A stretch of DNA of 64,000 nt from the human T2T-CHM13v2.0 reference genome, Homo sapiens (GCF_009914755.1 NC_060942.1), one strand, 5' to 3'; shown: positions 1 to 13,769, numbered from the stretch's first letter. Numbers and translations: made by a program. Notes: generated by a model not told the origin, from the letters alone.

Positions 1-910
1 TTTACCCAGGAGTTGAAAATTTATATTTACACAAAAACCTGTACTTGGATGTTTATAGCAGCTTTATTCACAATTGCCAAAACTAGGAAGCAAAATGTTG
101 TTCAGTGGGTGAATGGATAAATAAACTGTGGTTTAATCAGACAATGGAATATTTTTTCAGGCCTAAAAAGAAATAAGCTATCAAGTGGGAAGAGTCATGG
201 AGGAAACTTAAGTGCATATTATTAAGAAAGAAGCCAATCTGAAAAGACTACATCCTGTATAATTCCCACATATTACATTCAGGAAAATGTAAAATTATGG
301 AGACATTAAGAAAAATCAGAGGTTTGTGAGGAGGGAGACATGAATATCCAGAGCCCAAAGGATCTTCAGGGTAATGAACCTACTTGGCATGACACTATAA
401 TAACTGATACATGTCATTATATATGTGTCCAACCCATAGAATCTACAATACTGTCTCAGCCAGTTCAAACTGCTGGGACAAAACTACCATAGACTGGGTG
501 GCTTAAACAACAGAAATTTATTCCTTACAGTTCTGCAGTCTGGAAGACTGAGATCGTGGTGCCAGCATGGTTGGGTGCTTAGTGAGGGCTCTCTTCTTAG
601 TTTGTAAATGGTTTCCTTGCTATGTCCTCATGTGGTGGTGAGAGAGATAGTAGAAGCTGACTCCCTTTTGTCTCTTTTAGTAAGGGCACTAATCCCATAA
701 TAAGGGCTCCACCCTTGTGATGTAATTATCTCTCAAAAGTTCCATCTCCAAATATCATTCTTATTGGTGTTAGAGTTTAAAGATGGAAATTCTTTGGGGA
801 TACCAGTACACAAACATGGAGTCTATAACACTAAGGGTGAATCCTAATGTACACTATGGTCTTTCAGTGATAATAATATGTCAGTGTAGATTCATCAATT
901 GTAATAAATC
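1..910 (+). mobile_element. L1MC-type LINE-1 3' end, interrupted by an MLT1 LTR
   Basis: Typical L1M ORF2-end/3'UTR text (ACACAAAAACCTGTAC..GATGTTTATAGCAGCTTTATTCACAATTGCC; AACCCATAGAATCTACAA ... GTGAATCCTAATGTACACTATGG) that resumes after 829. Confidence 0.85.
452..829 (-). mobile_element. MaLR solo LTR (MLT1A/B/C-like)
   Basis: TG...CA ends, with the MLT1 minus-strand signature ACCATAGACTGGGTGGCTTAAACAACAGAAATTTATT..CAGTTCTG. Confidence 0.85.
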
Positions 911-919
911 ATATTCAGT

Positions 920-2180
920 GATGATTATCCTAGGAATGCAAGTCTATTTTGATGTTTCAGAATCAGTCACTGTAATTCAATATATTAATAGAATAAAAAT
1001 TATACAATCATATGAATTCATACAGAAAAGATACTGACAAAATCTAATATTTACTACTGATTAGAAATTCTCCACACTCAAGAAGAAAAAGGGGACATCC
1101 TTGATTAGATAAAAGGCACCTCAGATAAATTCTATGGATTAGATAAAATTCTGAAAATGGTGTCTTACTTAATGTTGAAGACTGAATGCTGTCTCCATTA
1201 AATTCAGAGCAAGGCAAGGATGCATCTCTCCCTATTCCTGTTCAACATTATATTGGAAATTATATCCAGTATAAAAATAAAGAAAAAGAAATAAAACATA
1301 CAGTTTGTAAAGAAAGAAAGAAATTTGTCTTTATTCACAGATGACATTATTGTCTACTTAGAAAATACAAAGAATCTACCTAAATGCTCCAAAAATGACT
1401 TGGCTTTGACAAGTTCTCAAAACACTGATCCATATACAAAAATAATTGTGTTACCATTCACTAGAAATTAATAATTAGAATTTGAAGTTCAAAAAGCACT
1501 ATCTACGAAGCATCCTTCTACAACATAAGTGCACAAATTATGCACCTAAAACTATAAGACAAAGATAAAAGAAATTAAAGGTTTAAAGAATTGGAGTGAT
1601 ATTTTATGTGCATAGATAGAAAACTCAATAATGTTTAGTTTTAAATTTCAATCCAAATCTTTTCTGGATTTATAATTTAAAAAAAATGAGGTGCACAAAT
1701 TTAAATGGAAAGAAAAGGAAGTAGAATAGCTAAGATAAATTGCAAAAGAAGTTGGAGGACACACACCACCAATTTCAAGACTTACTATAAAGTTAGGGTT
1801 ATCAAGTCAGTGTGATACTAATGAAAGAATAGATATATAGGTCGATGAAACAGAATAGAGATTCCAGGCACATATCAATAAATATTTAGACAGCTTCCAT
1901 CCTAAATATATTGTTAATAAAATTAAAAGGCAAGTAAATGACTTGTAGAGGATATTTGCAATTTACATGTCTAACAAAAAACTTCATTCCAGAGTATATA
2001 AAATTTTTTTAATCAACAAGAAAACAAGCAATCCAATAAAAAATAGATGAAGGTTTTGAACAAATATTTTACCAAGGAAAATGTATTCAAACAAGCCGAC
2101 AAAAATCTGCTTAATGCCGTAAGCCATTAAAGGAATATAAATTGATGCCAAAATGAGATATCACTATACCTATTAGAGAG
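920..2180 (+). mobile_element. Old L1M ORF2 fragment (RT to C-terminal region), decayed
   Basis: CAAGGCAAGGATGC..TTCAACAT, TTATTCACAGATGACATTATTGTCTACTTAGAAAA (FADD region) and AATGAGATATCACTATACCTATTAGA; many stops. Confidence 0.85.
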
Positions 2181-2250
2181 CATTCTTTAAACTTTCCTCT
2201 AAATTTCCTTCCCTATTCATTTCTATACTTGTCACCATAGGTAGATTACC

Positions 2251-2873
2251 TGTGGGATATAAATAAACTATTTTTGTGTTTCTTCAAGTTGCAGCTTTCT
2301 GAATAAATTTTGCCAAAAACTTGGAATCTTAGGCTAGCATCAAAGCCTTGGGGAAGTTAATTTCCAGCTATATAGTCAGTGAAAAAACTTTATAAGAATT
2401 TCTAAGAGATTTCCCTAACTCTGGAAGTATGTGTTTTCATTTCAAGGGAAAATGAAGCTTGCAACTTTGGATATGTGTCTAGGTCATAAAAGCGAAAGAC
2501 ACTGACATAGATGCTTGTCTGGTCCTTGGTGACATGCATTTACATTCCAAAGGCTAGGGTGAGAACCCAAGTGCCTTTCTATTCAAGGAGCAAAGGTTTC
2601 TATTCCTCCTTTAAGGAGGGGAAGGAAAAGGCAACTCCGTCTCTTTGACGTGAATAAGCAGATAAATCTATTTCCTTATCTAAAATACAGACTATGATTT
2701 TCTGAGATATGACCTGGCTTTCATTGCATCACTCCAGGAGGAGTAGTAAAACAATAAATATATGGGAAATTAATAAAGATGAACAGTAAAAATGAAACAG
2801 TATCTCATCTCAGTCTGATTTCTGGGACATCAGTACTTGGCCCATTTCAAAAGAAATAGTCTATCTTGAAACA
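2251..2873 (+). mobile_element. Possible old ERV solo LTR, family uncertain
   Basis: TGTGG...AAACA bounded ~620 bp block with AATAAA in the distal third; family not recognised with confidence. Confidence 0.3.
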
Positions 2874-3009
2874 GGTTATGTACATGGGATAAAACTCATT
2901 ACTACTAAATTAGGCTCTTTACCTATTCACTTTGGCCAATACATATTACAGTTTACAAATCCATATGACTTGTATTTGAAACAAAAAATCTTACCGAGAA
3001 GTATACTTT

Positions 3010-3610
3010 TTATTTTTAAATGTGCTTAATATTAATTTTTAAATTTATGTATGATAAAATTATTATTTGTTTTTATACATTTCCATGAAGTTTAACAATG
3101 CATGAAGTCTTGTGTCTACCATCATGATCCAGTTGCGGAGCACTTACCTCACCACAAAAACTTTACTTATATTGCCCCTTTATATAAGTCATCCTCACAC
3201 CTGATCCCACAAACCAATGGAAACCTGCTCTCTATGCCTATACGTTTGCCTTTCCCAGAAAGCTACATAAATGGAGTGATACAGTATGTAGCATTTGAAT
3301 CTGGTTTGAAAAAGCCTAGCAAAATCTGGTTGAGATAAAGTGATGTCTTTGTATAAACCAATAGTTCTGTTTTATATCTGAATGGTATTTTGTGGATGCA
3401 CTACATGTTCTTTTTCTATTCAACAGGTGAAGGACATTTGGTCTCTTTCCAGTTTTGGGTGATTGTGTACAAAGGTGCTGTAGATATTTGTATACAGCTG
3501 TTTGTAAATATTTATTTTTCTTGGGTGAATAGCTAGCAACGTAATTGCAGTTATCACTTAGTAGGTATATATTTAAACATACAAAAAATTGCCAAATTAT
3601 TTTCTAAAGA
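3010..3610 (-). mobile_element. L1MD/ME-type 3' end
   Basis: Antisense L1 3'UTR text: GTTTGCCTTTCCCAGAA..ATAAATGGAGTGATACAGTATGTAG; GAAGGACATTTGG..TTCCAGTTTTGGG. Confidence 0.8.
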
Positions 3611-5797
3611 GAAAAATAAAATTAACTCAAATGGCAAGAGAACAACTGAAATCTTCAGAAGCATCCAAGGCCAAAAGATGATGAATAGAACTGAAATGAA
3701 GATACCCTAAGAGTTGTTCATAGAAGGTGTAGTATAGTTGCCATTCCCAAAGTTGAAGTGTCCACTGCTTGCTGATATGTGTCTTTAATTACACAATATA
3801 CAATAAGTTTGTCTCGATTAAAAATAATTTTTAGTAGCAAACCATACAGGTTTTGTGTTTCTTTTTGCTTGAAGGAAGATTAAAGCTTAAAATGGTGACT
3901 ATATATACATATATATAATGCCTCTCTCCCTTTTTCAGGTTTAATCTGGGGAAAATGTAATCAGCTGAATTGAATGTGCTTGTATGCTAATAGGTTAATC
4001 TCTGTAATGAACGGTCATTATGGTTCAACTGGAAAAGATAGAGAAACTCTTTTAATAAGGAAAAATTGAGGTCAAAGACCTCAATTTTTGCATTTAAACC
4101 TTTTTAACATTCTATTCAACATAATATTTTAACCTCCTGTTTTAAAGTTGGAAGATTGAAATTATAATTCTGACCCTATTGAGTTAGGGTAAAAGCTCAT
4201 GATCTGGCTGAGTGCTGCCTTCTAACATGAGTAAATTGGCAGAAAAGGGTAACATTATTAAATGATTCAAATGAGGGTTATTTAAAATAATCTAATGAAA
4301 GATTGCCTTTTCAAAAGCAAATAATTCAGCCTATTATAATTTCTATAATTAGAGCAGAATATTACAAAGATTATATTGAATCAGCATTTTAGATTTGAAT
4401 TTGACTTGTTAATTATGTACTTACTGTCTGTTGTCATAAATAAAAAGATTATTTACCACCTCATTTTGTTATATTCAAAACAAGTTGGCCATCAAAATTT
4501 TAGTTTATTGTGATATTATTAATCAAAAGAAGAGAAGACCACAAAATACATTACCAATGACTCATACAGTGTGAGCTAACATTTTACTTGTTCTCACTAG
4601 ATGGTGTTATATTTCATAACACATATTTTTACTTTGAGACATATTTATCCTGATAGAAATGTGATATTCTAGCCAGCGTCTCGTCACTTACTTATGTATC
4701 TTAAGCCTGTTATAAACCTAGTCCCCTAGACTTCTGGGTGACATCTGTGAAATAATTGTAAGTGCCCTAGTTATTTTATTCCTGCACTTTTGCATACTCC
4801 TTGGTTGATTTCTAAGTAGACATCACATAATAGCCTTATTTAGGGCATATGGAATGAGGAGTAGCATCTTCAGTTAAATAGTAAAAATAAATAAAAGATA
4901 AGAAAGAGAAAGCACATAGTAAGAAGACAGGCACTTAGAGAGCCAAATAAAGAATAGGGAAAGAAAGTTATAGTAATGACTATAAAGGGAATGATGCTTC
5001 AACTTGGGCCATATTCTTTCTTTGTACTCCAGTAAAACACTCCAATGGGCATTTGTTTATCTTGGTACTCTCTTATGCTGTCCTTGAAATGCTTTAAATA
5101 AAGGGATTGGCTTATCTCCTCTGAACAATATATTTATGGTTGCTAGCAGGAGAAGGCATCCTATTTGATGGGGCCAATTATAACTATTCTTACCAAAGTT
5201 TTCCTGGGTGTAGAAAGACCAAAGATGGCCCTAACTCATTCCTACAATGGTAACATCTGCTTACATGCTTGGAAAAGTGAATACTGATGGAAATTTTTCT
5301 TTTAAAAAAGCTATTTGGGGTGTTTCAGATAGAAAAACACACGGTACATGTGATATTACAGCCTCTACCCAATGATAGAAATTGATCATCTTTTATGGCA
5401 TTTTTTACAATCTGAATCTAGAGATAGCTTCTGAAACTATTGTAGTAGAAAAATCAGGGATTCCAATTGATCAGAGTTTGCACAAAAGTGTAGACTTACC
5501 AAAAAAAACTTCATGCCTCTTTTTCTAAAATTAGGATGGTATAAATCATATTTTGCTCCTTTGTTTGTTAATTCTAAAGTCTGAAAAATTAATTTTTTAA
5601 TTAAAGAATTAAAAAACAATTTTTTAAAATTATATTTATCTCAATATTCTGACAATGAGAAAAGAATGTTATATTGTACAAAGATGAACTGAAAATTATA
5701 GTAAAGTCCAAAGTGTTTATGTTTCTATTAATTACAGGTGGTTTTATCATTTAATATTATTTGAAATCTACTTTGAATCATTATCATTGTTAACTAA

Positions 5798-7924
5798 TGT
5801 ATTAGTCTGTTCTCATGCTGATATAAAGAACTGCCCGAGACTGGGTAGTTTATGAAAAAAAAAGAGGTTTAATTGAGTCACAGTTCTGTATGACTGGGGA
5901 GGCCTCAAGACACTTACAATCATGGTGGAAGGTACCTCTTCACAGGGTGGCAGGAGAGAGAATGAGTGCCCAGTGAAGGGGAAATCCCCTTATAAAACCA
6001 TGAGATCCCATGAGAACTCACTCACTCTCACAAGAACAGCATGGTGGAAACCACCCTCATGATTCAGCTATCTTCACCTAGTCCTGCCCTTGACACATGG
6101 GGATTATTAAAATTCAAGGTGAAATTTGGGTGGGACACAGAGCCAAACCATATCATTTCACCCTTGGCCACCCCCAAGTCCCATGTCCTCACATTTCAAA
6201 ACAATCATGCACTTCCAACAATCCCCCACATTCTTAACTCATTCCAGCAATAATCCAAAAATCCAAGTCCAAGTTGTCATCTGAGACAAGGCAAATTTCT
6301 TCTGCCTATGAGCCTGTAAAATCAACAGCAAGTTAGTTACTTCCTAGATACGATGGGGGTATAGGTATTGGGTAATACGCCCATTTCAAATGGTAGAAAT
6401 TGGCCGAAATAAAAGGGTTACAGGCCCCATGCAAGTCCAAAATGCAATGGGACAATCATTAAATCTTAAAGATCCAAATGATCTCCTTTGACTCCATGTC
6501 TCACATCCTAGTCACACTGTTGCAACAGGTGGGCCCCCATGGCCTTGGGCAGCTCTGCCCCTGTGGCTTTGCAGGTACAGCCCCACTGCTAGATGCTTTC
6601 ATGGACTGGCATTGACTGTCTGTGGCTTTTCCAGGCACATAGTGCAAGCTGTCAGTGGATCTACCATTCTGGGATCTGGAAGACGGTGACCCTCTTCTCT
6701 CAGCTCCACTAGGCAGTACTGCAATGGGAACTCTGTGTGGGGGCTGCAACCCGGAGGTTCCTAAACCTCAATTTTTGACTTCTGTGCACCTGCAGGCTCA
6801 ACACCACATGGAAGCTGCCAAGGCTTAGGGCTTGCACCCTCTAGAGCCACAGCTTGAGCTGTATCTTGGCCCCTTTTATCCATAGTTGGAGCATCCGGGA
6901 CACAGGGCAACAAATTCCTAGCCTGCACACAGAAGGAGGGCCCTGGGCCCCAATCACAAAAGCATTTTTCCTCCTCGGCCTCTGGGCCTGTGATGGGAAG
7001 GGCTGCCGTGAAGATCTCCGACATAAACTGGAGACATTTTCCCCACTGTCTTGGTGATTAACATTTGGCTCCTGGTTACTTATGCAAATTTCTGCAGGAG
7101 ACTTGAATTTCTCCCCAGAAAATGGGGTTTTATTTTCTATTGCATCATCAGGCTGCAAATTTTCCAAACTTTTGTGCTCTGCTACCTCTTGAATGCTTTG
7201 CTGCTTAGAAATTTCTTCTGCCAGATACCCTAAATTATCTCTCTCAAGTTCAAAGTTCCACACATCTCTAGGTCAGGGAAAGAATGCTGCCAGTTTCTTT
7301 GCTAAATCATAACAAGAGTCACCTTTGCTCTACTTCCCAACAAGTTCCTCATCTCCATCTGAGACCCTCTCAAACTGGACATTATTATTCATATCATTAT
7401 CAGTATTTTGATCAAAGCCATTCAACAAGTCTCTAGGAAGTTTCAAACTTTCCCACATTTTCCTACCTTCTTCTGAGCCCTCCAAACTGTTCCAGTCTCT
7501 GCCTCTTACCCAGTTCCAAAGTCATTTCCACATTTTTGGGTCTCTTTTTACCCAGCACCCCACTCTCTCTGGTACTAATTTACTGTATTAGTCCATTCTC
7601 ATGCTGCTATAAAGAACTGCCTGAAACTGGTTAGTTTATAAAGAAAAGAGGTTTAATTGGCTCACAGTTCCACATGGCAGGGGAGGCCTCAGGAAACTAC
7701 AATCATGGCAGAAGGCACCCCTTCACAGGGTGGGCAGGAGAGAGAATGAGTGCAGAAGCCCCTTATAAAATCATCAGATCTCATGAGAGCGCACTATCAC
7801 GAGAACAGCATGGTGGAAATTGCCCCATGGTTTAATTATCTCTACCTGGTTCTGCCCTTGACATGTGGGGATTGTTACAAAACAAGGTGAGATTTGGGTG
7901 GAGACACAGAGCCAAACCATATCA
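5798..7924 (-). mobile_element. Full-length THE1 (THE1C/D-like) MaLR retrotransposon: LTR 5798-6155, internal 6156-7583, LTR 7584-7924
   Basis: Two similar LTRs (TGTATTAGTC...CCAAACCATATCA) and a perfect 5-bp TSD ACTAA (5793-5797 / 7925-7929). ORF 6841-7263 is MaLR internal ORF remnant (LAEEISKQQSIQEV). Confidence 0.95.
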
Positions 7925-7929
7925 ACTAA

Positions 7930-8468
7930 CATGTTGGTAATATATTGCTGCATAAAAGTAATCTAAAAATTATTACTTCAACAATAATGTATTGTGAAGA
8001 TTCTGAAGTTTAATTGGGCTCAGCAGTGCAATTCTTGCCTTGTATTTTTGATGTTGTTGCCATCTGATGGCAGCTAGAACTGGAGTCATGTGAAGGTTGA
8101 ATCATGCTAGAAGTCCAGCATAGCTACTTCACTCACACACCTTATACCACAAGTGGATGCTTACAAAAGCCTAGAGTTTGCTAAACATCTCTTTTTCTTC
8201 CTCTGGCTTCTATTTGTGCCTAATATGATTGTCACAGGGTAGTCAGATTTCTTACATTATAGCTGGTGTTCTTCAGAGCAGGTGTATTAAGAAATACTGG
8301 TGGAAGCTACAAGGTGTCTGGTTTCCTAGCCTTGGAGGAAATTTAGTATCACCTTCTCTCATATTGGTCAAAATACTGAAAGAATGGGCATAAATGCAAG
8401 AGGGGCTATGCATGAACGTGGATACCAGGATGTGTGGTTCACCAGGGGTCCATCTGTAGAGATTCACA
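7930..8468 (-). mobile_element. Old MLT1 (H/J-like) LTR
   Basis: TATTGCTGCATAA..., TGGGCTCAGC, CTGGAGTCATGTGAAGG and GCTACTTCACTCACA motifs typical of older MLT1. Confidence 0.65.
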
Positions 8469-9514
8469 TAATTGCTTAGATTATTGTGCTGGTGTTTAAA
8501 ATGTTAAATTTTAACATTTACGTTAAAAAAGGAAGGGAAATTCTACTTAGAAAGTTAAAAAAGGAAGGTCTCACTTTAGAAAAGGCAGCAAAATACCTTG
8601 GTCACAAAAGTAGATTTTGTAAGGAATGTATTAATATCTGATTCTTTGTATAGAAAAATACACAGTAATTAATGAAACTAAGCAAGAACTTACATCCTGT
8701 GAGTTTCATGTATATATTATCATAAATTACATTTTGCCAATGCACACACAAGTTTAAATGGAAAAGTCTTCTTATTGAAACAAGTGATGTTTTATGCTTA
8801 ATATTCATAGATCATAAACCATACCTTATGTTGCATACTTTATCCTAGATCAGTGCAGAGAATTTAGTAGATATTAAATATTTGCTCAATAAAATTCAAA
8901 TAATGAATAAATACATGAACATGAATACTCATATATCAACCTTAATTTGTATCTACATTGTCTAATATGATTCTGAGATACCAATTAATTTAATTATGTA
9001 CTATTTTATCAACTAATTCTTTAGTTTGTGAAATACAGTTGCATTTAGTAATGAAAGAAAAGGCAAATTCTTCAGAAGGTGTTTATACAGCAGCATTCTT
9101 TTTCTGAATCAGCAAATAATGCACAATATCAGTGAATGGATTATTCTCCCCAGAGAGTAGTCCTCATTATCCTGCTGCGTGTATAATTGGGATTGTATTG
9201 CATCACATTATTATTTAATGACTATTGAAAACTAATTGTAATCTCAAATCCATAGTGAATATAGAATGTATCTTTTATCATGGCATGTGTATAATCTAAT
9301 GTATTCTTCTTTTCTGCTTGAGTATTCAGTATTGTGGAGTCACAAAAGTGAAAACCTGCAAGCACTCAAAATAATCATTTCAAATTATCAAGAACAACTA
9401 GCGTTTTTTCACAGCACAGTGGCCTATTTGATGACTCTACAAACCCAGAAGCACAGGAATAGGTCTGTAGAACTAGTGGCCAATTGGTAGGTCAAAGTCA
9501 AAATTTATTCAGTT

Positions 9515-9629
9515 TGTGTGAGCATGTGTGTATGTGTGTATGTGAGAGAGATACAGAGAGAGTCAGAGAGACAGAGAGAAGCACATATTGCTAAGTTTCA
9601 CTGCATAAGTGTATATATATATATATATA
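9515..9629. repeat. Compound (TG)n/(GA)n and (TA)n microsatellites
   Basis: Directly visible. Confidence 0.85.
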
Positions 9630-10419
9630 ATTATTTCTGTTATTAAATATATTTATTCAATAAAAATAAATATTGAGTTCTTAATATAGCTATATGAGCC
9701 TTTTAGTTTTCCTGAGTTTATACATGACTAGTAGTATTTTAATATCTTAAAGTTTAATAGAATCCATCAATTAAGCAGTAAAGCCCTGCAGATTTCTTTG
9801 AGTTAATGTTTTTTATCATGAAATACATATCTTTATATTTTTTCAAGTAACTTTTCCATTTTCTAAACATACTCTGTCAAATTTCAGTATTTTGACATTC
9901 ATTGAGCATCATTTCATAGCCCAGCTCACAGATTATCTTCATGAAAGTTTTCTGTGTACTTTAATTAGTGTTTTCTTTAATTATTAAATGTAATATTTGT
10001 TAATGTCATTTTGATCAAATTGTTTAATATTGCTTTAACTTTCTAAAAAAGTACTTCTGTTTAGTTAAAAAATTTGTCCATTCTTTTAATTTTAGCATGC
10101 TCACAATTTTCTATTCAAATTAAATCTTTAAATATAAACGTGACATATAACTGGACCTTCTTTTTTAATCCAAATTAATAATTTGTGACATTTAATTGGA
10201 TCTTTTAGTCAATTTACATTCAATGTAATTATTGATAATTTTGGTTTTATTTTCTGTGAATTTTTTTTACTTGTGCCTCCTCTATTTTTTTCCTACTTAG
10301 AATTAAATAAGTATTTATTTTTAATATTCCATATTTTATCAGTGGGTTAACGAGCTTTAATTTTCTAACGGTTTATCTGTATCCAATAATGTTCATTTTT
10401 AAATTTTAAAAGTTTCCTA

Positions 10420-11000
10420 GATTCCTGCTCTTGGTCAATATAGAGTAACAAAGACTGAATTTCTCAGCCTGCCTAACACGACCAAAGGAACTGGGTAAAA
10501 TATTTGAAGTAATGATTTTCAGGATGCTGAACATCAAAAAACATGTGATATTGATCCCTTAAGATGGGAGGAAAAACCCAAAATGATGGAAGTTCTATTA
10601 TTTTACAGCCTTGATAGAGTTTCCATGGTGCAGTGCAGAGACAGGGAACAAAAGCAAAGACCAGAAGACTGCTGACTTAAAGAGATGAAAGAAATTTAGA
10701 AAGACCAAGCAATGAGAGTTCACAGGACAGAGTACAGGTAGGAGGGAGCTGCACAAACTGGGCCTCCTAGACTTCTCCAGAAGGTCCTCCTGGACTATGC
10801 AGCAGAGTAATTATAAGTTTTTGTACGTATGAGCAAACAATCCAAGGCCAGAGAAACAACAACCCAAAAGAATTAGAGACAGTACCCAGCACTCACTTCA
10901 TGCTGACAGTGTCTGTTCTCACCAGTATTCATAATTCATGACATATAGTGTAGAATGAACAGAAGAGTCTTACCCTAATAGTGTAATAATGGTTAGAATC
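10420..11000 (+). mobile_element. L1MD/MC-type 5'-end fragment
   Basis: TTCCTGCTCTTGG..AGAGTAACAAAGACTGAATTT..., resembling old L1 5'UTR; A-rich strand switch relative to the flanks. Confidence 0.5.
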
Positions 11001-11242
11001 CCAAGTTGAGCCCTGAGAATTACACTTCTTATGTTGAAGCCAGCATTAACTTCCTACCTTCTAAAAAACTATGGTGATAATCAAAATTGGGAATCAACAA
11101 TCAAAACTTGAAATCAACCATTTATTAAAATATTTTTTGTCTCATTCTCACTTTTCATTTTGAAAATCCAGTTATATGTAATTTTTAAACTATTGTATTG
11201 TTCCACATGACCTTGAGTATCTGTTACTTTTTTGTCAATACA

Positions 11243-11862
11243 TGTGATGGTTAATACTGTCAACTTGATTGGGTTGAAGGATGCAAAGTATTCATCCTGG
11301 GCATGTCTGTGAAGGTGTTGCCAAAGGAGATTAACATTTGAGTCAGTAGTCTGGGAAAAGCAGACTCACCCTTAATCTGGGTGGGCACCCAGCTAATCAG
11401 CTTCCAGAGCAGCTAGAATATAAAGCAGACAGGAAAACGTGAAAAGGCTAAACTGGCTTAGCCTCCCGGACTACATCTTCCTCCTGTGCTAGGTGCTTCC
11501 TGCCCTCAAACATCAGACTCCAAGTTCTTCAGCTTTGGGACTTGGACTGGCTTCCATATTCCTCAACTTGCAGAGAGCCTATTGTGAAACCTTGTGATCG
11601 TGTGAGTTAATACTACTTTATTTGTATAATAATTTATTGATATAATATACATAGAATATATCTAAAAGGATATCTATAGATATATCGATATAGATATATT
11701 GATATCCTATTAGTTGTATCCCTTTAGAGAACCCTGACTATATCTATACATATATGTTTATCTATATATAGATATCCCATATATCTATATCTATATATAT
11801 CTTTGTATCTATATCTGTATATCCTATTACTTGTGTCCCTTTACAGAAAACTGATTAATATA
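11243..11862 (+). mobile_element. MLT2A (ERV-L) solo LTR with internal TA-rich microsatellite
   Basis: TGTGATGGTTAATACT..GTCAACTTGATTGG.TTGAAGGATGCAAAGTATT start; TSD ATACA (11238-11242 / 11863-11867). Confidence 0.92.
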
Positions 11863-12472
11863 ATACATCTACTTTCTGTCCTTCAGGTTGAATTATTTCT
11901 ATTGTTTTATCTTCAAATTCACTTACACTGTATTCTACTATCTTTTATCTGTTGTTGAAACACTTTTAGGGAAATTTTTACTTATGTTATTCTAGTTTTA
12001 GTTCTAAAATTTCTACTTGGTTATATTTTAGTTTTGATTTTAGTTTCTCCAGTTAGTTTATTTATCTCTTTACTCATAAGGACCATATTTTCCTGTAAGT
12101 CCTTGAAAATATTTATATTCCTTTTTAAACATCTTTTTATACTAAATTTAACATCTGTGCCAACTTGCGATTGGATAATATTGACTACCATTTTTCTTTT
12201 GGTTGTACTTTCCTATTTTTTAAATGGCTAGTGATTTTTGAACTCTATTTAAGATGTTTTGGATGATATATGGGCTCTAGGTTCCCTTATTTCTTCCAAA
12301 GAGTTTTAATTTTTGTTTTTGGTGGGTAGTTTGATTACTGGCTGTGAACCTAGACTTTGATGAGCCTTTGTTTGATGGTTTACAATGTTTGACTGTGGAA
12401 AGCTCAGAATTCTTTTAACTTTGTATTATTAAACTTCTAAAATCTTTATAAATTTGGGTTTTGGTTACCTAT

Positions 12473-12882
12473 TTTATTAGGTCATTCTTGCATTGCTATA
12501 AAGAAATAGCTGAGACTGGGTGATTTGAAAGAAAAGAAGTTTAATTGACTCAGGGTTCTGTGGGCTGTATAAGAAGCATAGAAGCGTCTGCATTTGAAGA
12601 GGCTTTAGGAAGCTTTCAGTCATGGTGGATGGCAAAGGGGAAACAGGAATATAACATGGTGAAAGGAGGAACAAGGTTGGAGGGAGGTGCCACTCACTTT
12701 TAAAGAGCCAGATGTAATGAGGACTAACTATCATGAGAACAGCAGCAATGAGATGTTGTTCAACCATTCATGAGAAATCCACTCACATGATCCAATCATC
12801 TTTCATCAAGGCCCCACCTCCAACACTGGGGATTACAAGTAAACATGAGATTTAGGTGGGGACACTTACCCAAACTACATTA
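12473..12882 (-). mobile_element. MSTA/MSTB solo LTR
   Basis: TATTAGGTCATTCTTGCATTGCTATAAAGAAATA.CTGAGACTGGG ... CCCCACCTCCAACACTGGGGATTACA. Confidence 0.9.
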
Positions 12883-13769
12883 CTTAATTTCTATGACTAT
12901 TGACCAGACCTTCCTCTAGGGTTTGCTCCTTATTCTCAAGGTGTAGCTTTTCTTGCCAATCAGCTTTATGAGTTCGGTATTAATGACATATCTCCAGCCT
13001 GGCTGAGCTGGAACATCAATATCTCTGAGCACTGATATACCCCTAACATTACTGTTTTCCTTTTATCACCATAACAGATAATCTCTAATAAACTCTGCAT
13101 ATATACAGTCAAGTCTGGGTACAAAGACACATAGGGGAACTTGGACATAGACTGCTGGATCCCCACAATGTTCAACTGTTTCTTCTGCGGTGTCTTGACC
13201 CAATGATTCAAGCCACTTCAGTACCTTTATTCTCAGATCCTTAAATATATATATGTGTGTGTGTGTATATATCTGTTTTGGCTCCAGCTGTCCAGACTGC
13301 AGTCATAAAATTGTTCCCAGGAAAAAAATGGAAGTGATATAGCGCTTCCTCTCCTTTCATGAGATTTCTGTCTCTCAGAATTTCCTTAAAGCATTCTCCT
13401 CATATGTCAAAGTTTATACATAGTTCTTTGTGTTAGAAAGTTGAGACCAGTAGCAGTCACTACATTATAACTGGAAGTAGAAGTCCTAACTGGATATTTT
13501 CACTACATAGTTATGCGTTCCTGAGCAATATTTATTTTAAATTTTACACATTTTGAACTTTAAGGTAAAACTATATTGCATCTTTTATTTTATTTTACTC
13601 ACCATTTTTATGACCTTCATCCAGATAGTATCTGGTAGAATTTTCATTGCCATGATCTCTTCAATTTATGAATATTCCACAAGTTATATATTTCTTCAAT
13701 TGTGATGGACATTACTATTACAAAAATGGTTCCGTGAAAAGCTTTGTTTATATTTTTTGGTCTACTTCA

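Larger units (their letters stand above)
9760..13490 (-). mobile_element. Fragmented old L1M (ORF2 start, ORF1, 5' region) hosting later insertions
   Basis: T-rich antisense L1 motifs (TTTAGTCAATTTACATTCAATGTAATTATTGATA; TTTCTATTGTTTTATCTTCAAATTCAC); boundaries approximate. Confidence 0.6.

Noticed and set aside
6041-7263. Cluster of overlapping ORFs
   Set aside because: All lie within the THE1 LTR/internal sequence; they are retroelement remnants, not host genes.
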